In this document: positions 35,380-44,620 of the stretch, piece by piece
Numbering within the stretch: the stretch's first letter is position 1
How the letters are laid out: every line of letters starts with the position of its first letter
DNA from: Terrimicrobiaceae bacterium
GTDB taxonomy: Bacteria; Verrucomicrobiota; Verrucomicrobiia; Chthoniobacterales; Terrimicrobiaceae
Assembly: GCA_044342325.1 (NCBI GenBank)
Contig: JBIIPZ010000020.1
Location: 1-50,460, forward strand
Direction of reading: 5' to 3'
Length of the DNA: 50,460 nt
Program-made: the position numbers and the translations under genes
Notes under the pieces: generated by a model
What the model saw: the letters and a program-made list of their open reading frames with translations, nothing else
Databases searched by the model: none
Told to the model about the DNA's origin: nothing

Positions 35380-36639
35380 GTGAACAAATCCTCTTACTCC
35401 ATTCTGTCTATCGACGACGACCCGATCATCCTCAAAGTCCTTGAGGATCTGGTGACGCGGGCTGGCTATCATTCCATGACCACCACGAGTGGCGAGGAGG
35501 CCCTGCATTTGGCGGTGGATCGCAAATTCGCCGTGATCATTGCCGATCACAACATGCCGGACATGATGGGCTCGGAGTTGCTTAATCGCATCGCGCGGAT
35601 TCAGCCCTCGGCCTCGCGTATATTGATTACAGGCATCAAGTCGCTCGATGTCGTCACCTCGGCGGTGAATAGCGGTGAGATTTTCCGCTTTGTTACGAAG
35701 CCGTGGATTTCCGCTGAAATGATCGCCACTCTGCACAACGCTGTGCAGCGTTACGAGCTCATCGAGTCCAACCGATCCCTCGAAAAAACAACGCAGGAGT
35801 TGAACGAACGCCTCTCTGCGGCAAACCTCCAGCTCGAGCGCCAGCTCAAGGAACTCGAGGCGGGGAAAAAAGAAATCGACCTGTCTCATGAGGCGCTGAA
35901 AACAAACTTCAGCCGCTCGCTGGAGCTGTGCCAGCGTATCCTCACGACATTCAATCCCCTCCTCGGCGAACAGGCTAAGGCCGCCACGGGGATCTGCCAG
36001 ATCATGGCGCAGACCCACTATTTCAACGAGGAGCAAAAGCATGTGCTGGATGTGAGCGCGCGGCTCTACGACATCGGCCTCACCGCCGTGCCGCACGGAT
36101 TCATGTCCGCTGTTCAAAACAACTCCGAGGACATGTCGCCGGAGTTGAAGACGGTTTTCCTCAACCACACGATCCATGCACAGACTCTGGCATCCTTTGT
36201 GGACCTCCTGAAGCCGGTGGGGGAAACGATTCGCGCCCACCACGAGCGCTTCGATGGAACCGGTTTTCCTGATGGCCTCGCCGGGGAGATGATTCCCTGG
36301 ACGGCGCGCTGCCTCGCGGTTGTTGTCTATTATGTGACCTGCGGACTTCCTCAGGAGCAGGCCGTGGATCGCATCCTCGAGCAGTCGGGCACGGCTTTCG
36401 ATCCCGATGCCACCAGGCTTTTCCTCAAGTGTGCCCAGGCGACCCCCCTGCCGCGTCTGGTTCGCGAAGTGATGGTGGACGAGTTGGATGTCGGCATGCA
36501 ACTCGCCTCCGGCATTTACAGTCCCACTGGCGTTCTGCTCGTCGCCGAGGGCTACCATCTCGACGAAAATACCATCGCAAAAATCCGGAACTACAACAGT
36601 TCCTCGACACTCCTCCGTCAGTTGCTGGTTTATTGCTGA
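35380..36639 (+). CDS. Response regulator with a degenerate HD-GYP domain
   Basis: REC (IDDD, ADHNMP, TG, KPW), coiled coil, LYDIG, HHERFDGTGFPDGL. Confidence 0.88.
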   Translation: MNKSSYSILSIDDDPIILKVLEDLVTRAGYHSMTTTSGEEALHLAVDRKFAVIIADHNMPDMMGSELLNRIARIQPSASRILITGIKSLDVVTSAVNSGEIFRFVTKPWISAEMIATLHNAVQRYELIESNRSLEKTTQELNERLSAANLQLERQLKELEAGKKEIDLSHEALKTNFSRSLELCQRILTTFNPLLGEQAKAATGICQIMAQTHYFNEEQKHVLDVSARLYDIGLTAVPHGFMSAVQNNSEDMSPELKTVFLNHTIHAQTLASFVDLLKPVGETIRAHHERFDGTGFPDGLAGEMIPWTARCLAVVVYYVTCGLPQEQAVDRILEQSGTAFDPDATRLFLKCAQATPLPRLVREVMVDELDVGMQLASGIYSPTGVLLVAEGYHLDENTIAKIRNYNSSSTLLRQLLVYC

Positions 36640-38204
36640 GAGACGCGGCCTTCCAGCAGGCTGCCGACTTTGGATATCAGATCACCCACGGAGAACGGCT
36701 TTCGGAGGAAGGCAAAGTCCGTTTCGTGTTCCTTGGCTATTTCCTGCTGATCTGGGTATCCCGAGGTCAGGAGAAAAGTTGTCTCCGGCCATTTTTTTTC
36801 GATCTTGCGGGCCAGTTGAAGTCCCCCCATGCGAGGCATGACCATGTCGGTGAAAACCAAATCCGGCGCGAATGCCTCATTGTCTTCGAAATAGGAAAGC
36901 GCCGTCTCGCCGTCCTCTGCCTCCACAACGCGGTGGCCAAGGCGTTGCAAGACGGTGCGGGCGAAGCTTCGAATGGCTGAGTCGTCCTCCACCAGAAGGA
37001 TCGTGGCCGGAGCGGTTGTTCTCCCCACGGTATGGATATCGGCCTTGGGCGGGGCTTCCTGGACGCTGGGCAGAAAGAGATCCAATCGGCTCAAACCATG
37101 CGCAGCACTTGGGATCTCAAGCCGACCTTCGTTTTCTTCGATAACCTCTGCCGCTGTGGCGATGTTACGGTTTTTTTCGAGGGTTTTTGAAACTCCTCGG
37201 CCTGATTTTGGAGAGTAGGTCAGTGAGACGCGGGCATAATTGCCTGGCGGCAGGGATTTTTGCGCGATGCGGCGGGCGTCTTGAATCACATCCCGGGCTA
37301 CATTGATTTTGAGTTGCCCGCCTTGGGACATCACTTCACGTGCGGCTACGGCGAGGTTGATGAAAACTTGTTCGATTTGGCTGCGGTCGGCCTGCACGGC
37401 GGGCAGGCCGGGCTCGATGTCGATGACCAGTTCGATCTGTTCGCCCAGCAGGCGGCGCAGCATTTTGACGACATCATTTAAAAGCTCGCCGATATTGATC
37501 GAGCCTCGGCGAATGGCCGGAGGTTTGCTAAAGGCGAGAAGCTGGTTCGTGAGTGAGGAGGCGCGGAGCGCGGCCTTTTCGATCTCCCCCACGAAGCCGG
37601 TCAGTTCGTTTGTCTCCGGCATTTCATCCCTGAGGATTTGTGCGTAGCCGATCACGACGGAGAGCATGTTGTTGAAATCATGCGCCACGCCGCCAGTGAG
37701 CTTGCTGAAGGCCTCAGCGCGCTGCGATCTGCTGAGGCGTGCTTCCATCTCACGCAAATCCGCGACATCCGTGATCACCGAGCAGAGCACGGGGCTGCTC
37801 CCTTCTGCCGGAGCTATGAAGTATCCACGCTCGAGAAGAATGGTGTAGAGACCGCTCTTTTTTCGTGCCCTGTATTCCGCTTCAAACGGCCCGCCTTCGG
37901 CAAGAACACGCTCGATTTCGCGGCGGTAGGCCATGCGGTCGTCTGGATGGATGAGGAGCATCCAGATTTCAAATTGTCCGGCTATCTCGTGCGGGAAAAT
38001 TCCAAGAATCCGCTCCATCGCGCCCGAGTAGATCGTTTCATCCACGGCAGTGTCCCATTCGCGCAAGATCTGCTCTGCAGACTGCATGGCCCCCTCCATG
38101 CGCAGTTTCCACTGCCGGAGTTTTCGGAGTTCCGACTTCAACGCGTCATCATTCAGAGGAGGCGTCGAGACGGTCTCAGAGATGTTTGGATTTGAGCGAT
38201 GCAC
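36630..38204 (-). CDS. PAS-domain hybrid histidine kinase-like protein (CckA-like) with a degenerate ATPase domain
   Basis: PAS3 (IHPDDR), H-box AHDFNNML, N-box NLAVAAR, C-terminal REC (VEDD, TDMVMP, SGY, KPF). Confidence 0.87.
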   Translation of the reverse strand: MHRSNPNISETVSTPPLNDDALKSELRKLRQWKLRMEGAMQSAEQILREWDTAVDETIYSGAMERILGIFPHEIAGQFEIWMLLIHPDDRMAYRREIERVLAEGGPFEAEYRARKKSGLYTILLERGYFIAPAEGSSPVLCSVITDVADLREMEARLSRSQRAEAFSKLTGGVAHDFNNMLSVVIGYAQILRDEMPETNELTGFVGEIEKAALRASSLTNQLLAFSKPPAIRRGSINIGELLNDVVKMLRRLLGEQIELVIDIEPGLPAVQADRSQIEQVFINLAVAAREVMSQGGQLKINVARDVIQDARRIAQKSLPPGNYARVSLTYSPKSGRGVSKTLEKNRNIATAAEVIEENEGRLEIPSAAHGLSRLDLFLPSVQEAPPKADIHTVGRTTAPATILLVEDDSAIRSFARTVLQRLGHRVVEAEDGETALSYFEDNEAFAPDLVFTDMVMPRMGGLQLARKIEKKWPETTFLLTSGYPDQQEIAKEHETDFAFLRKPFSVGDLISKVGSLLEGRVSQQ

Positions 38205-38254
38205 AATTGGTTTTCCTTCGCAAAAGTAAGCCTCAGGTCATTTGTGCAAAAGGA

Positions 38255-39922
38255 CTATTTTCCGGAAAGGAGGGCCTTCGCGTGTTTTCGGGCGGATTCG
38301 GCCTGTCCACCAAGCATTCGTGCGATTTCGCTGATGCGGTCCGGTCCGGTGGTGGATACTAAAGTCGTCCGGGTGCGCTCGCCGCTGGTGTCCTTGGAGA
38401 CCATGAATTGCGACTTGGCTGAAGCCGCGACCTGCGGGAGGTGGGTGATGCAGAAGACTTGGTGCGATGCGGCGAGTTCTTTCATCTTGGCTCCAACCTT
38501 GGCTCCGATTTCTCCACCGACATTGGCGTCGATCTCGTCGAAAATCAGCACGGGAACGCTGTCCTGCGCGGCGAGAGAGGTCTTCAAGGCTAGCATGACT
38601 CGCGAAATCTCGCCGCTGGATGCGATCGCGCGAAGCGGGCGCTCGGGCTCGCCGGGATTCGGTGCGAAGAGAAAATCCACCTGCTCGATGCCTAGAGGAG
38701 ACGCCTCCTCGAGGTCTTCGAAAATGATCGAGAATCCAGCTTTTGCAAATCCCAGGTCGGCCAGATGGGTCTTCACCAGTTCAGAGAGCTTGGGAGAGGC
38801 TTTGCGCCGTGCTTGGCTGAGCTTCTTCGCAGCGGAGTCGAGGGCTTTTCGAGCTTCGGATATTTCGCCATCCAGGCCCGCGCCGCGTTCCTCGCGATTT
38901 TTCAGCTGTGACAGTTTCGCGGAGGCATCCGCCCCGAATTCGATCACTGCTTCGACAGTGGAGCCGTATTTTCGTTTCAGGCTCTGGATGGTGTCGAGCC
39001 GGGCCTCGATGGTCTCCAGACTCTTGGGATCCGCATCCAGAGTCGATGAATAGCGGTCGATATCCCTTGTCAGGTCCTGCAGTGATTCAAAAATGGCAGC
39101 CGCAGCAGTGCTCAGGGGTTCCGTTTGCGCATCCAAGCGCTGGAGTTCCCTCGCTAACCGCGACACATCTCCCCAGCGGGATGTGAGCGAGTCCTCGGAT
39201 TCCGAGAGCAGGCCGGTGAGATCGGCGCAAATCGAGCAAAGGCGGTGCGCGTTGGCTCCCGTGCGTTGGCGTGAGAGGAGTTGATCCTCTTCACCTGGTT
39301 GTAGCGCGGCTTCGTCGATTTCGGCGACTTGGTGGGAGAGAAGATCGAGTTCCCTCGCGAGGGCCTCGGCATTTTCCGTGAGGCGCTTTTTTTCAGTCGT
39401 GAGGTGCATCCACTCGCGGCGCCGAGCGGCATAATTCGAGCGAAGCGACTCCGCTCCCGCGAAGGAGTCCAAAACCAACATTTGCTGATCCCTTGAAAAA
39501 AGGCTCTGGTGGTCGTGCGGACCATGCAGATCTACTAGCAAATCCCCGAGCTGCCGCAGCAGGGTTAGCGTGCAAGGGGAGCCGTTCACAAACTGCTTAC
39601 CCGCGCCGCCAGTGGACACTGTGCGCTTGATGACCAGAGCGCCATCCTCGCAGGATTCCGCCCCGCCTTCCTCGATTATGCCATGCACGCGGGACTCTGC
39701 CGGGATTTGAAAAAGCCCCTCCACCGCGCAGGCATCGGCCCCCGCGCGCACCAGCGACTTCTCGGCCCTCTCGCCGAGCAGGAGTTTCACCGCGCCGAGG
39801 ATGATGGATTTTCCTGCACCGGTCTCGCCGGTGATTGCGACAAAGCCTGCAGGAGGCTCCCAAAGGAGGTCTTCCACGAGAGCGAGATTGCGGATGCGAA
39901 GAGATGCCAGCGTTGCGGACAT
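38255..39922 (-). CDS. recN: DNA repair protein RecN
   Basis: ITGETGAGKS, LHGPHDHQ, ASSGEISRVML, FDEIDA, CITHLPQVAA, EIARMLGG. Confidence 0.96.
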   Translation of the reverse strand: MSATLASLRIRNLALVEDLLWEPPAGFVAITGETGAGKSIILGAVKLLLGERAEKSLVRAGADACAVEGLFQIPAESRVHGIIEEGGAESCEDGALVIKRTVSTGGAGKQFVNGSPCTLTLLRQLGDLLVDLHGPHDHQSLFSRDQQMLVLDSFAGAESLRSNYAARRREWMHLTTEKKRLTENAEALARELDLLSHQVAEIDEAALQPGEEDQLLSRQRTGANAHRLCSICADLTGLLSESEDSLTSRWGDVSRLARELQRLDAQTEPLSTAAAAIFESLQDLTRDIDRYSSTLDADPKSLETIEARLDTIQSLKRKYGSTVEAVIEFGADASAKLSQLKNREERGAGLDGEISEARKALDSAAKKLSQARRKASPKLSELVKTHLADLGFAKAGFSIIFEDLEEASPLGIEQVDFLFAPNPGEPERPLRAIASSGEISRVMLALKTSLAAQDSVPVLIFDEIDANVGGEIGAKVGAKMKELAASHQVFCITHLPQVAASAKSQFMVSKDTSGERTRTTLVSTTGPDRISEIARMLGGQAESARKHAKALLSGK

Positions 39923-39969
39923 TCGTCGACTATGCCACCCTCTGTTGCGAATTCCAAGCGATGCAACAG

Positions 39970-40743
39970 ATGCAAATCACATTTTTAGGAACAGGGACCT
40001 CGCACGGTATTCCAGTGATCGGATGCGCTTGCCAAGTCTGTAAATCCGTCGATCCGCGCGACAAGCGCCTTCGCACCTCCATCCATGTCCAGACGCCCGG
40101 CTTTTCTTTCATCGTGGACACGACGCCGGATTTCCGCACCCAGTGCCTAAGGGAGGAGATCTCCCGTGTTGATGCGGTGCTCTACACCCATGCCCATGTC
40201 GACCACATTCTTGGATTTGATGATCTGAGGCGCTTCTGCGAACTGGAAAATAAAAACATGCCGATCTTCGGATCCGCGCCAACCCTCGAAAGCCTCGCCC
40301 GCGTCTTTCAATACGCATTTGACGGCACCGCACGGTTTCCCAATTACATTCGCCCCGAACCTCAGGTGGTGGATGGTCCCTTCTCGCTGGGTGGGCTTGA
40401 TATCGTGCCTGTCGAGTTGCCCCATGGTCGCATGACCACGAATGGCTTTGTCTTTGAAAAAAACGGCCGACGCCTCTTTGCTTATTACACCGATTGTGCC
40501 GAGGTGCCTCCTGCTGCCGAAGAAGCGGCGAGAGGTGTTGAGGTGCTCGTCATCGATGCGCTGAGACACCACTCCCACCAAACTCACTTCACCGTCCAGG
40601 GCGCGCTTGATGCCGCACGCCGCATCGGTGCCCGCCAAACCTATTTCATTCACATGTGCCACGAACTCGGCCACGCCGAGACTGAGGCTAGCCTCGCTCC
40701 GGATGTTCGACTCGCCTACGATGGTCTTCGCCTTCATCTCTAA
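39970..40743 (+). CDS. Metallo-beta-lactamase-fold hydrolase (PhnP-like)
   Basis: FLGTGTSHGIPVIGC.C..C, THAHVDH, HMCH, AYDG. Confidence 0.92.
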   Translation: MQITFLGTGTSHGIPVIGCACQVCKSVDPRDKRLRTSIHVQTPGFSFIVDTTPDFRTQCLREEISRVDAVLYTHAHVDHILGFDDLRRFCELENKNMPIFGSAPTLESLARVFQYAFDGTARFPNYIRPEPQVVDGPFSLGGLDIVPVELPHGRMTTNGFVFEKNGRRLFAYYTDCAEVPPAAEEAARGVEVLVIDALRHHSHQTHFTVQGALDAARRIGARQTYFIHMCHELGHAETEASLAPDVRLAYDGLRLHL

Positions 40744-42349
40744 ACGCGCCGTCCTGCTCGTGCTGCTGATGTGTCTCTCGGCGGCATCCGCTTTTGCAAG
40801 GAATAGCCTGTCGGCTGCAACACTGGTTCTTTTCAATTCGAGCGACCCGGAGTCCGAGGAACTCGCCCGCTACTATGCCCTGAAGCGGGACATCCCTCCT
40901 GATCAGATTGTGGGGCTCTCCTGCCCGGCCTCGGAGGAAATCTCTCGCGCCGATTTCGATCGCACCATTGCCGCTCCGCTGCGGGAAAAAATGGAATCCA
41001 ACGGTTGGTGGAAAACCGCGCGCGTCGAGGGTAACAAAAAAGCCGTGGTGGAAACTTCCATTCGCTTTGTGGCCATCATGCGAGGCATGCCACTCAAAAT
41101 TGCAGCGGATCCATCCATTCGTCCGCCCACGGACACGCGTAACATCCCGCCAGCGATCTCATCGCGCAACGACGCGTCGGTGGATAGCGAGATTGCCGCG
41201 CTTGGTGTAAAGGATTGGATGCCCGCAAGTGTGGTGGAGAATCCCTACTTTGGCCGCTTCACACAGATTCTGGATGACTCGGTTTTTCCTGGAATGCTGC
41301 TTCCAGCGCGCCTCGATGCCCCCACTGGCTCGATGGTGCGGGCCATGATTGACGACTCCCTCATGGCGGAAAAAGAAGGTCTCTGGGGTTGGGCCTATAT
41401 TGATGGCAGGGACATAACCAGCGGCGGCTACACCGAGGGTGATAATTGGATGCGCCATCTGGTCGAAATCCTCCGCCAGCGCGGTGTGCCGACGATTTTT
41501 GACAACCTGCCCTCCACGCTTGGAGAAGACTTCCCCGTGACCGATGCGGCTGTTTATTTCGGTTGGTATGCGGGCGATGCGACGGGGCCCTTTGCTCGGC
41601 AGGATTTTCAATTCAAGCCCGGAGCTATAGCGGTCCACCTGCACTCCTACAGTGCGAGCACACTTCGCAGCACGACCAACAATTGGTGCGGGCCACTCAT
41701 CGCACGCGGCGCGGCAGCCACGCTGGGCAATGTTTACGAACCCTACCTCTCGCTCACGGCGAACCTGGATGTTTTTCAGGATCGGCTCATGAGTGGACTG
41801 ACTCTGGCCGAGAGCGCCTACATGTCGATGCGCGCCCTTTCTTGGATGGGTGTGGTGATCGGTGATCCGCTCTATCGACCTTACACGGTTTGGAATGAAT
41901 TTTACGATCCGAGGAATCGTCCGCCAAATCCCTGGCGACGATTCCGTAGCATCACGCTGAATGCAAAAGGTAACATTCTGGATGCCGTTGTTCCTCTCTA
42001 TGAGGCTGCCCGAGAAACGGGCGATGGAATGTTTCTGGAAGCTCTTGGGGCCGCTCAATTCGATGCTTGGAATGCCTCGGCTTCAGTGGGTTCCTTTCGC
42101 GACGCGCTGACTTTCACTTCGAATCCCGAGGCGCGTCGGCGTATCGAGATGGAGACCTCCGCTGCCATGCGGCGCATCGAGGCAGCATCGGAGGTGGCCC
42201 ACAAAGCTGCCGCGCCCGTTCCTCTGATGCCGGATTCGCGCATTCCGGCGGATAACGGCACCGGGCATGATTCATCACTCGTCAAACCCGCTCCAAGCTT
42301 GCCGCAGATTCCTGCGGAAATTCCCAACTTGCCCTATCCCGACCTGTGA
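40721..42349 (+). CDS. TIGR03790-family exported protein
   Basis: Signal peptide; YFGWY, PGAIAVHLHSYSA, GNVYEPYL, LSWM..GDPLYRP; start uncertain. Confidence 0.8.
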   Translation: MVFAFISKRAVLLVLLMCLSAASAFARNSLSAATLVLFNSSDPESEELARYYALKRDIPPDQIVGLSCPASEEISRADFDRTIAAPLREKMESNGWWKTARVEGNKKAVVETSIRFVAIMRGMPLKIAADPSIRPPTDTRNIPPAISSRNDASVDSEIAALGVKDWMPASVVENPYFGRFTQILDDSVFPGMLLPARLDAPTGSMVRAMIDDSLMAEKEGLWGWAYIDGRDITSGGYTEGDNWMRHLVEILRQRGVPTIFDNLPSTLGEDFPVTDAAVYFGWYAGDATGPFARQDFQFKPGAIAVHLHSYSASTLRSTTNNWCGPLIARGAAATLGNVYEPYLSLTANLDVFQDRLMSGLTLAESAYMSMRALSWMGVVIGDPLYRPYTVWNEFYDPRNRPPNPWRRFRSITLNAKGNILDAVVPLYEAARETGDGMFLEALGAAQFDAWNASASVGSFRDALTFTSNPEARRRIEMETSAAMRRIEAASEVAHKAAAPVPLMPDSRIPADNGTGHDSSLVKPAPSLPQIPAEIPNLPYPDL

Positions 42350-43641
42350 AAGCACTCGATGGTTCCCGCTATGAATCCGCTCGGCGGTCATGCCACCTCC
42401 GCGAAGGCGGCATGCGACAGGGCGAAATCGAAATTCAAGCCAGGCTCTTCAATGGCGAATACGGAACGAAATGGCGCACGACAGACGGCGAGGCGTTTGA
42501 AATTCTCCACTTCGGGGAATGGAATCGCGAGGCGGGGCCTGACTTCAAAGGCGCAGTCATCCACTTTGAAAAATCCGGCGAAAAAACGGGGGATATCGAG
42601 GTCGACCGCGAGGCCCGCGATTGGGAGCGCCACGGCCATGCTCTAAATCCCTCGTTCTCCGACGTCATTCTTCACCTTTTTATCGAGGGCTCCCGCGAGC
42701 AGGCTTTCGCCCGGACTCTTGAGCATCGTGCGGTGACACAAGCGCGCCTGGTGGTGGATACGCCTCCAGAACCAAATGAAACGAATCTCGCAGAGTATGT
42801 GAGCATCGAGGATGCCGTGCACATGATTTCCGAGGCGGCGGAGTTTCGGCTTCGAAACAAGCACTCCGCTCATGCCCGCGCCATTTCGCTGCATGGGGCC
42901 GAAGCCGCGATGTTCCACGCCATCGCCACCGGTCTCGGCTACAAGAACAACGCGATCCCGTTCTTGCTCACTGCCCAGCGCGCCGGTCTGCGCCGTGCGG
43001 GTGGTGTGTCAGGAGAAGCCCTGCTGTTCGGCCTTGCCGGCTTTTTGGAGCCGCGATCTTTCGATGACGCAGACGATGTGACCCGCCGCTACCTCAAGCC
43101 CCTCTGGGACGAGTGGTGGACTATACGCGATGCCATGACGCGAATCGTGCTCGATTCGAAAATGTGGAAACTCTCAGGCATACGGCCTTCGAACCACCCT
43201 CACCGCCGCTTGGGCGCTCTCGCCGCAGTCGCAACCGGCTTTGCCTCCCTCAGAAAAGCCACCCAGGAAAGTGGAGCCAAGGGATTCCGCGCTTTCCTGG
43301 AAAATCTCGACCATCCCTACTGGCGGCGACACTGGAATCTCCGCGCCGCCGAACTCTCCAAACCCGTCGCCCTCATCGGCAGTGACCGCATCACAGACCT
43401 TCTCATTAATGCCTTTCTCCCCTCACAGTCACTCGACATAGCCCGCAGTGAGTTGGAGCGCCTTCGCGGCCCCTATCCAAGCGGTCGGCTCCTTCGTGCG
43501 AGCAATTGGCTGGTTGGAAATGCGGAACCGAAGCTCATGCGAACGGCTAAGGATCAACAGGGGCTTCTTCAATTGCACTCGGACTTCTTAGCCTTGTCGC
43601 CAGTGGAGGCCTTGGAGCGAATCCTCTCCGGTCGTGCCTAA
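42346..43641 (+). CDS. DUF2851-family protein
   Basis: GEWNREAGPDF, GDIE, WERHGH..NP.F..VILH, RPSNHPHRRL. Confidence 0.8.
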   Translation: MKALDGSRYESARRSCHLREGGMRQGEIEIQARLFNGEYGTKWRTTDGEAFEILHFGEWNREAGPDFKGAVIHFEKSGEKTGDIEVDREARDWERHGHALNPSFSDVILHLFIEGSREQAFARTLEHRAVTQARLVVDTPPEPNETNLAEYVSIEDAVHMISEAAEFRLRNKHSAHARAISLHGAEAAMFHAIATGLGYKNNAIPFLLTAQRAGLRRAGGVSGEALLFGLAGFLEPRSFDDADDVTRRYLKPLWDEWWTIRDAMTRIVLDSKMWKLSGIRPSNHPHRRLGALAAVATGFASLRKATQESGAKGFRAFLENLDHPYWRRHWNLRAAELSKPVALIGSDRITDLLINAFLPSQSLDIARSELERLRGPYPSGRLLRASNWLVGNAEPKLMRTAKDQQGLLQLHSDFLALSPVEALERILSGRA

Positions 43642-44006
43642 GCCTTGAGGCACGACCAGCGCACTGCCACATACCGCGTTTCAGGCAGGATAAATTTCCG
43701 GATTTCCACTTCGGCCGAGGTTGCAGCAAATTCCTTTAAAATCATCTCGCAGATTTCCTGTGCGAGGGACTCGATGAGTCGCCTCGGGCGCTCTGCGGCG
43801 ACTTCCGAGACGCGCTGGCAGACGGCGGCATAGTCGACCGTGAGGTTGATGTCGTCCTGCATCTCCGCAAAACTCCTCGTCGGCTGGATGCGGATATCAA
43901 TTTCGATTTCCTGCGCATCCATCCGCTCCGCATCCGGCACGCCGATCCAAGTTTTGACCCGCAGCGAATCGATGCGAATTTCGCTCAGAAGAGGCGTGGT
44001 TTTCAT
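43638..44006 (-). CDS. folB: Dihydroneopterin aldolase
   Basis: IGVPDAER..Q, TVDYAAV, LIESLAQEI. Confidence 0.9.
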   Translation of the reverse strand: MKTTPLLSEIRIDSLRVKTWIGVPDAERMDAQEIEIDIRIQPTRSFAEMQDDINLTVDYAAVCQRVSEVAAERPRRLIESLAQEICEMILKEFAATSAEVEIRKFILPETRYVAVRWSCLKA

Positions 44007-44617
44007 AGCAATTGCTGCACGGCCGCGATGTCACGGGCGATGATTGTTGGCTTCGCCGGAATGAGCTTTTCAATGTGGTCGAATCCCGAAAGCACAGCGA
44101 CATCCAGCACGCCGCCATGGCGGGCGGTTTCGATATCATGCACCATGTCGCCCACGAACATCGTCTCCTTCGGATCAAGCGAGTGGGTTTCCAGGATTTC
44201 GCGAATCTTTTCCCGCTTGTCCATGATCTCGGTGTAGGCGACCTGGAAGTATTTTTCGACGTCGAGCCGACCGGCTTGGATTTTAAAATGCGAGGTCTTG
44301 ATTGTGCTGAGCAAAAAAGTTCTTCGACCCGTTGCGTTGCAGAATTTCAAGAAATCCAGCGCTCCTGGTAGCAGGTCGATTCGGTCATTTAAGCCAAGGA
44401 AAAATTTTTCGTAGAGCGCCTCCAGACCCTCGGTCGTGGCCTCGGGCAGAAGGTCTGCATAGAACCCGGAAAAAGGTAAGCGGAAGTGCTGCCGGAATTC
44501 GTCGAGTGTGAGTGGATCCCTCCCATGCTCTGCAAAAATCAGGTTCGTCGCCTCGAGCACCGCAGCGAGATCGTCCGCAAGAGTGCCGGACCAGTCGAGA
44601 AGCACATTTCGAATCAT
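44003..44617 (-). CDS. HAD-family hydrolase (phosphoglycolate phosphatase-like)
   Basis: LLDWSGTLAD, FVGDMVHDIETA. Confidence 0.88.
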   Translation of the reverse strand: MIRNVLLDWSGTLADDLAAVLEATNLIFAEHGRDPLTLDEFRQHFRLPFSGFYADLLPEATTEGLEALYEKFFLGLNDRIDLLPGALDFLKFCNATGRRTFLLSTIKTSHFKIQAGRLDVEKYFQVAYTEIMDKREKIREILETHSLDPKETMFVGDMVHDIETARHGGVLDVAVLSGFDHIEKLIPAKPTIIARDIAAVQQLL

Positions 44618-44620
44618 GTT

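Noticed and set aside
35290..36558. 422-aa antisense ORF, and similar long shadows such as 7952-8974, 14362-15414 and 24841-25722
   Set aside because: They lie opposite well-supported genes, have no motifs, and are expected in GC-rich DNA
38219..38233. Possible sigma54 promoter for the hybrid kinase (AGGCTTACTTTTGCG, minus strand)
   Set aside because: GG-GC spacing is 9 nt rather than the required 10
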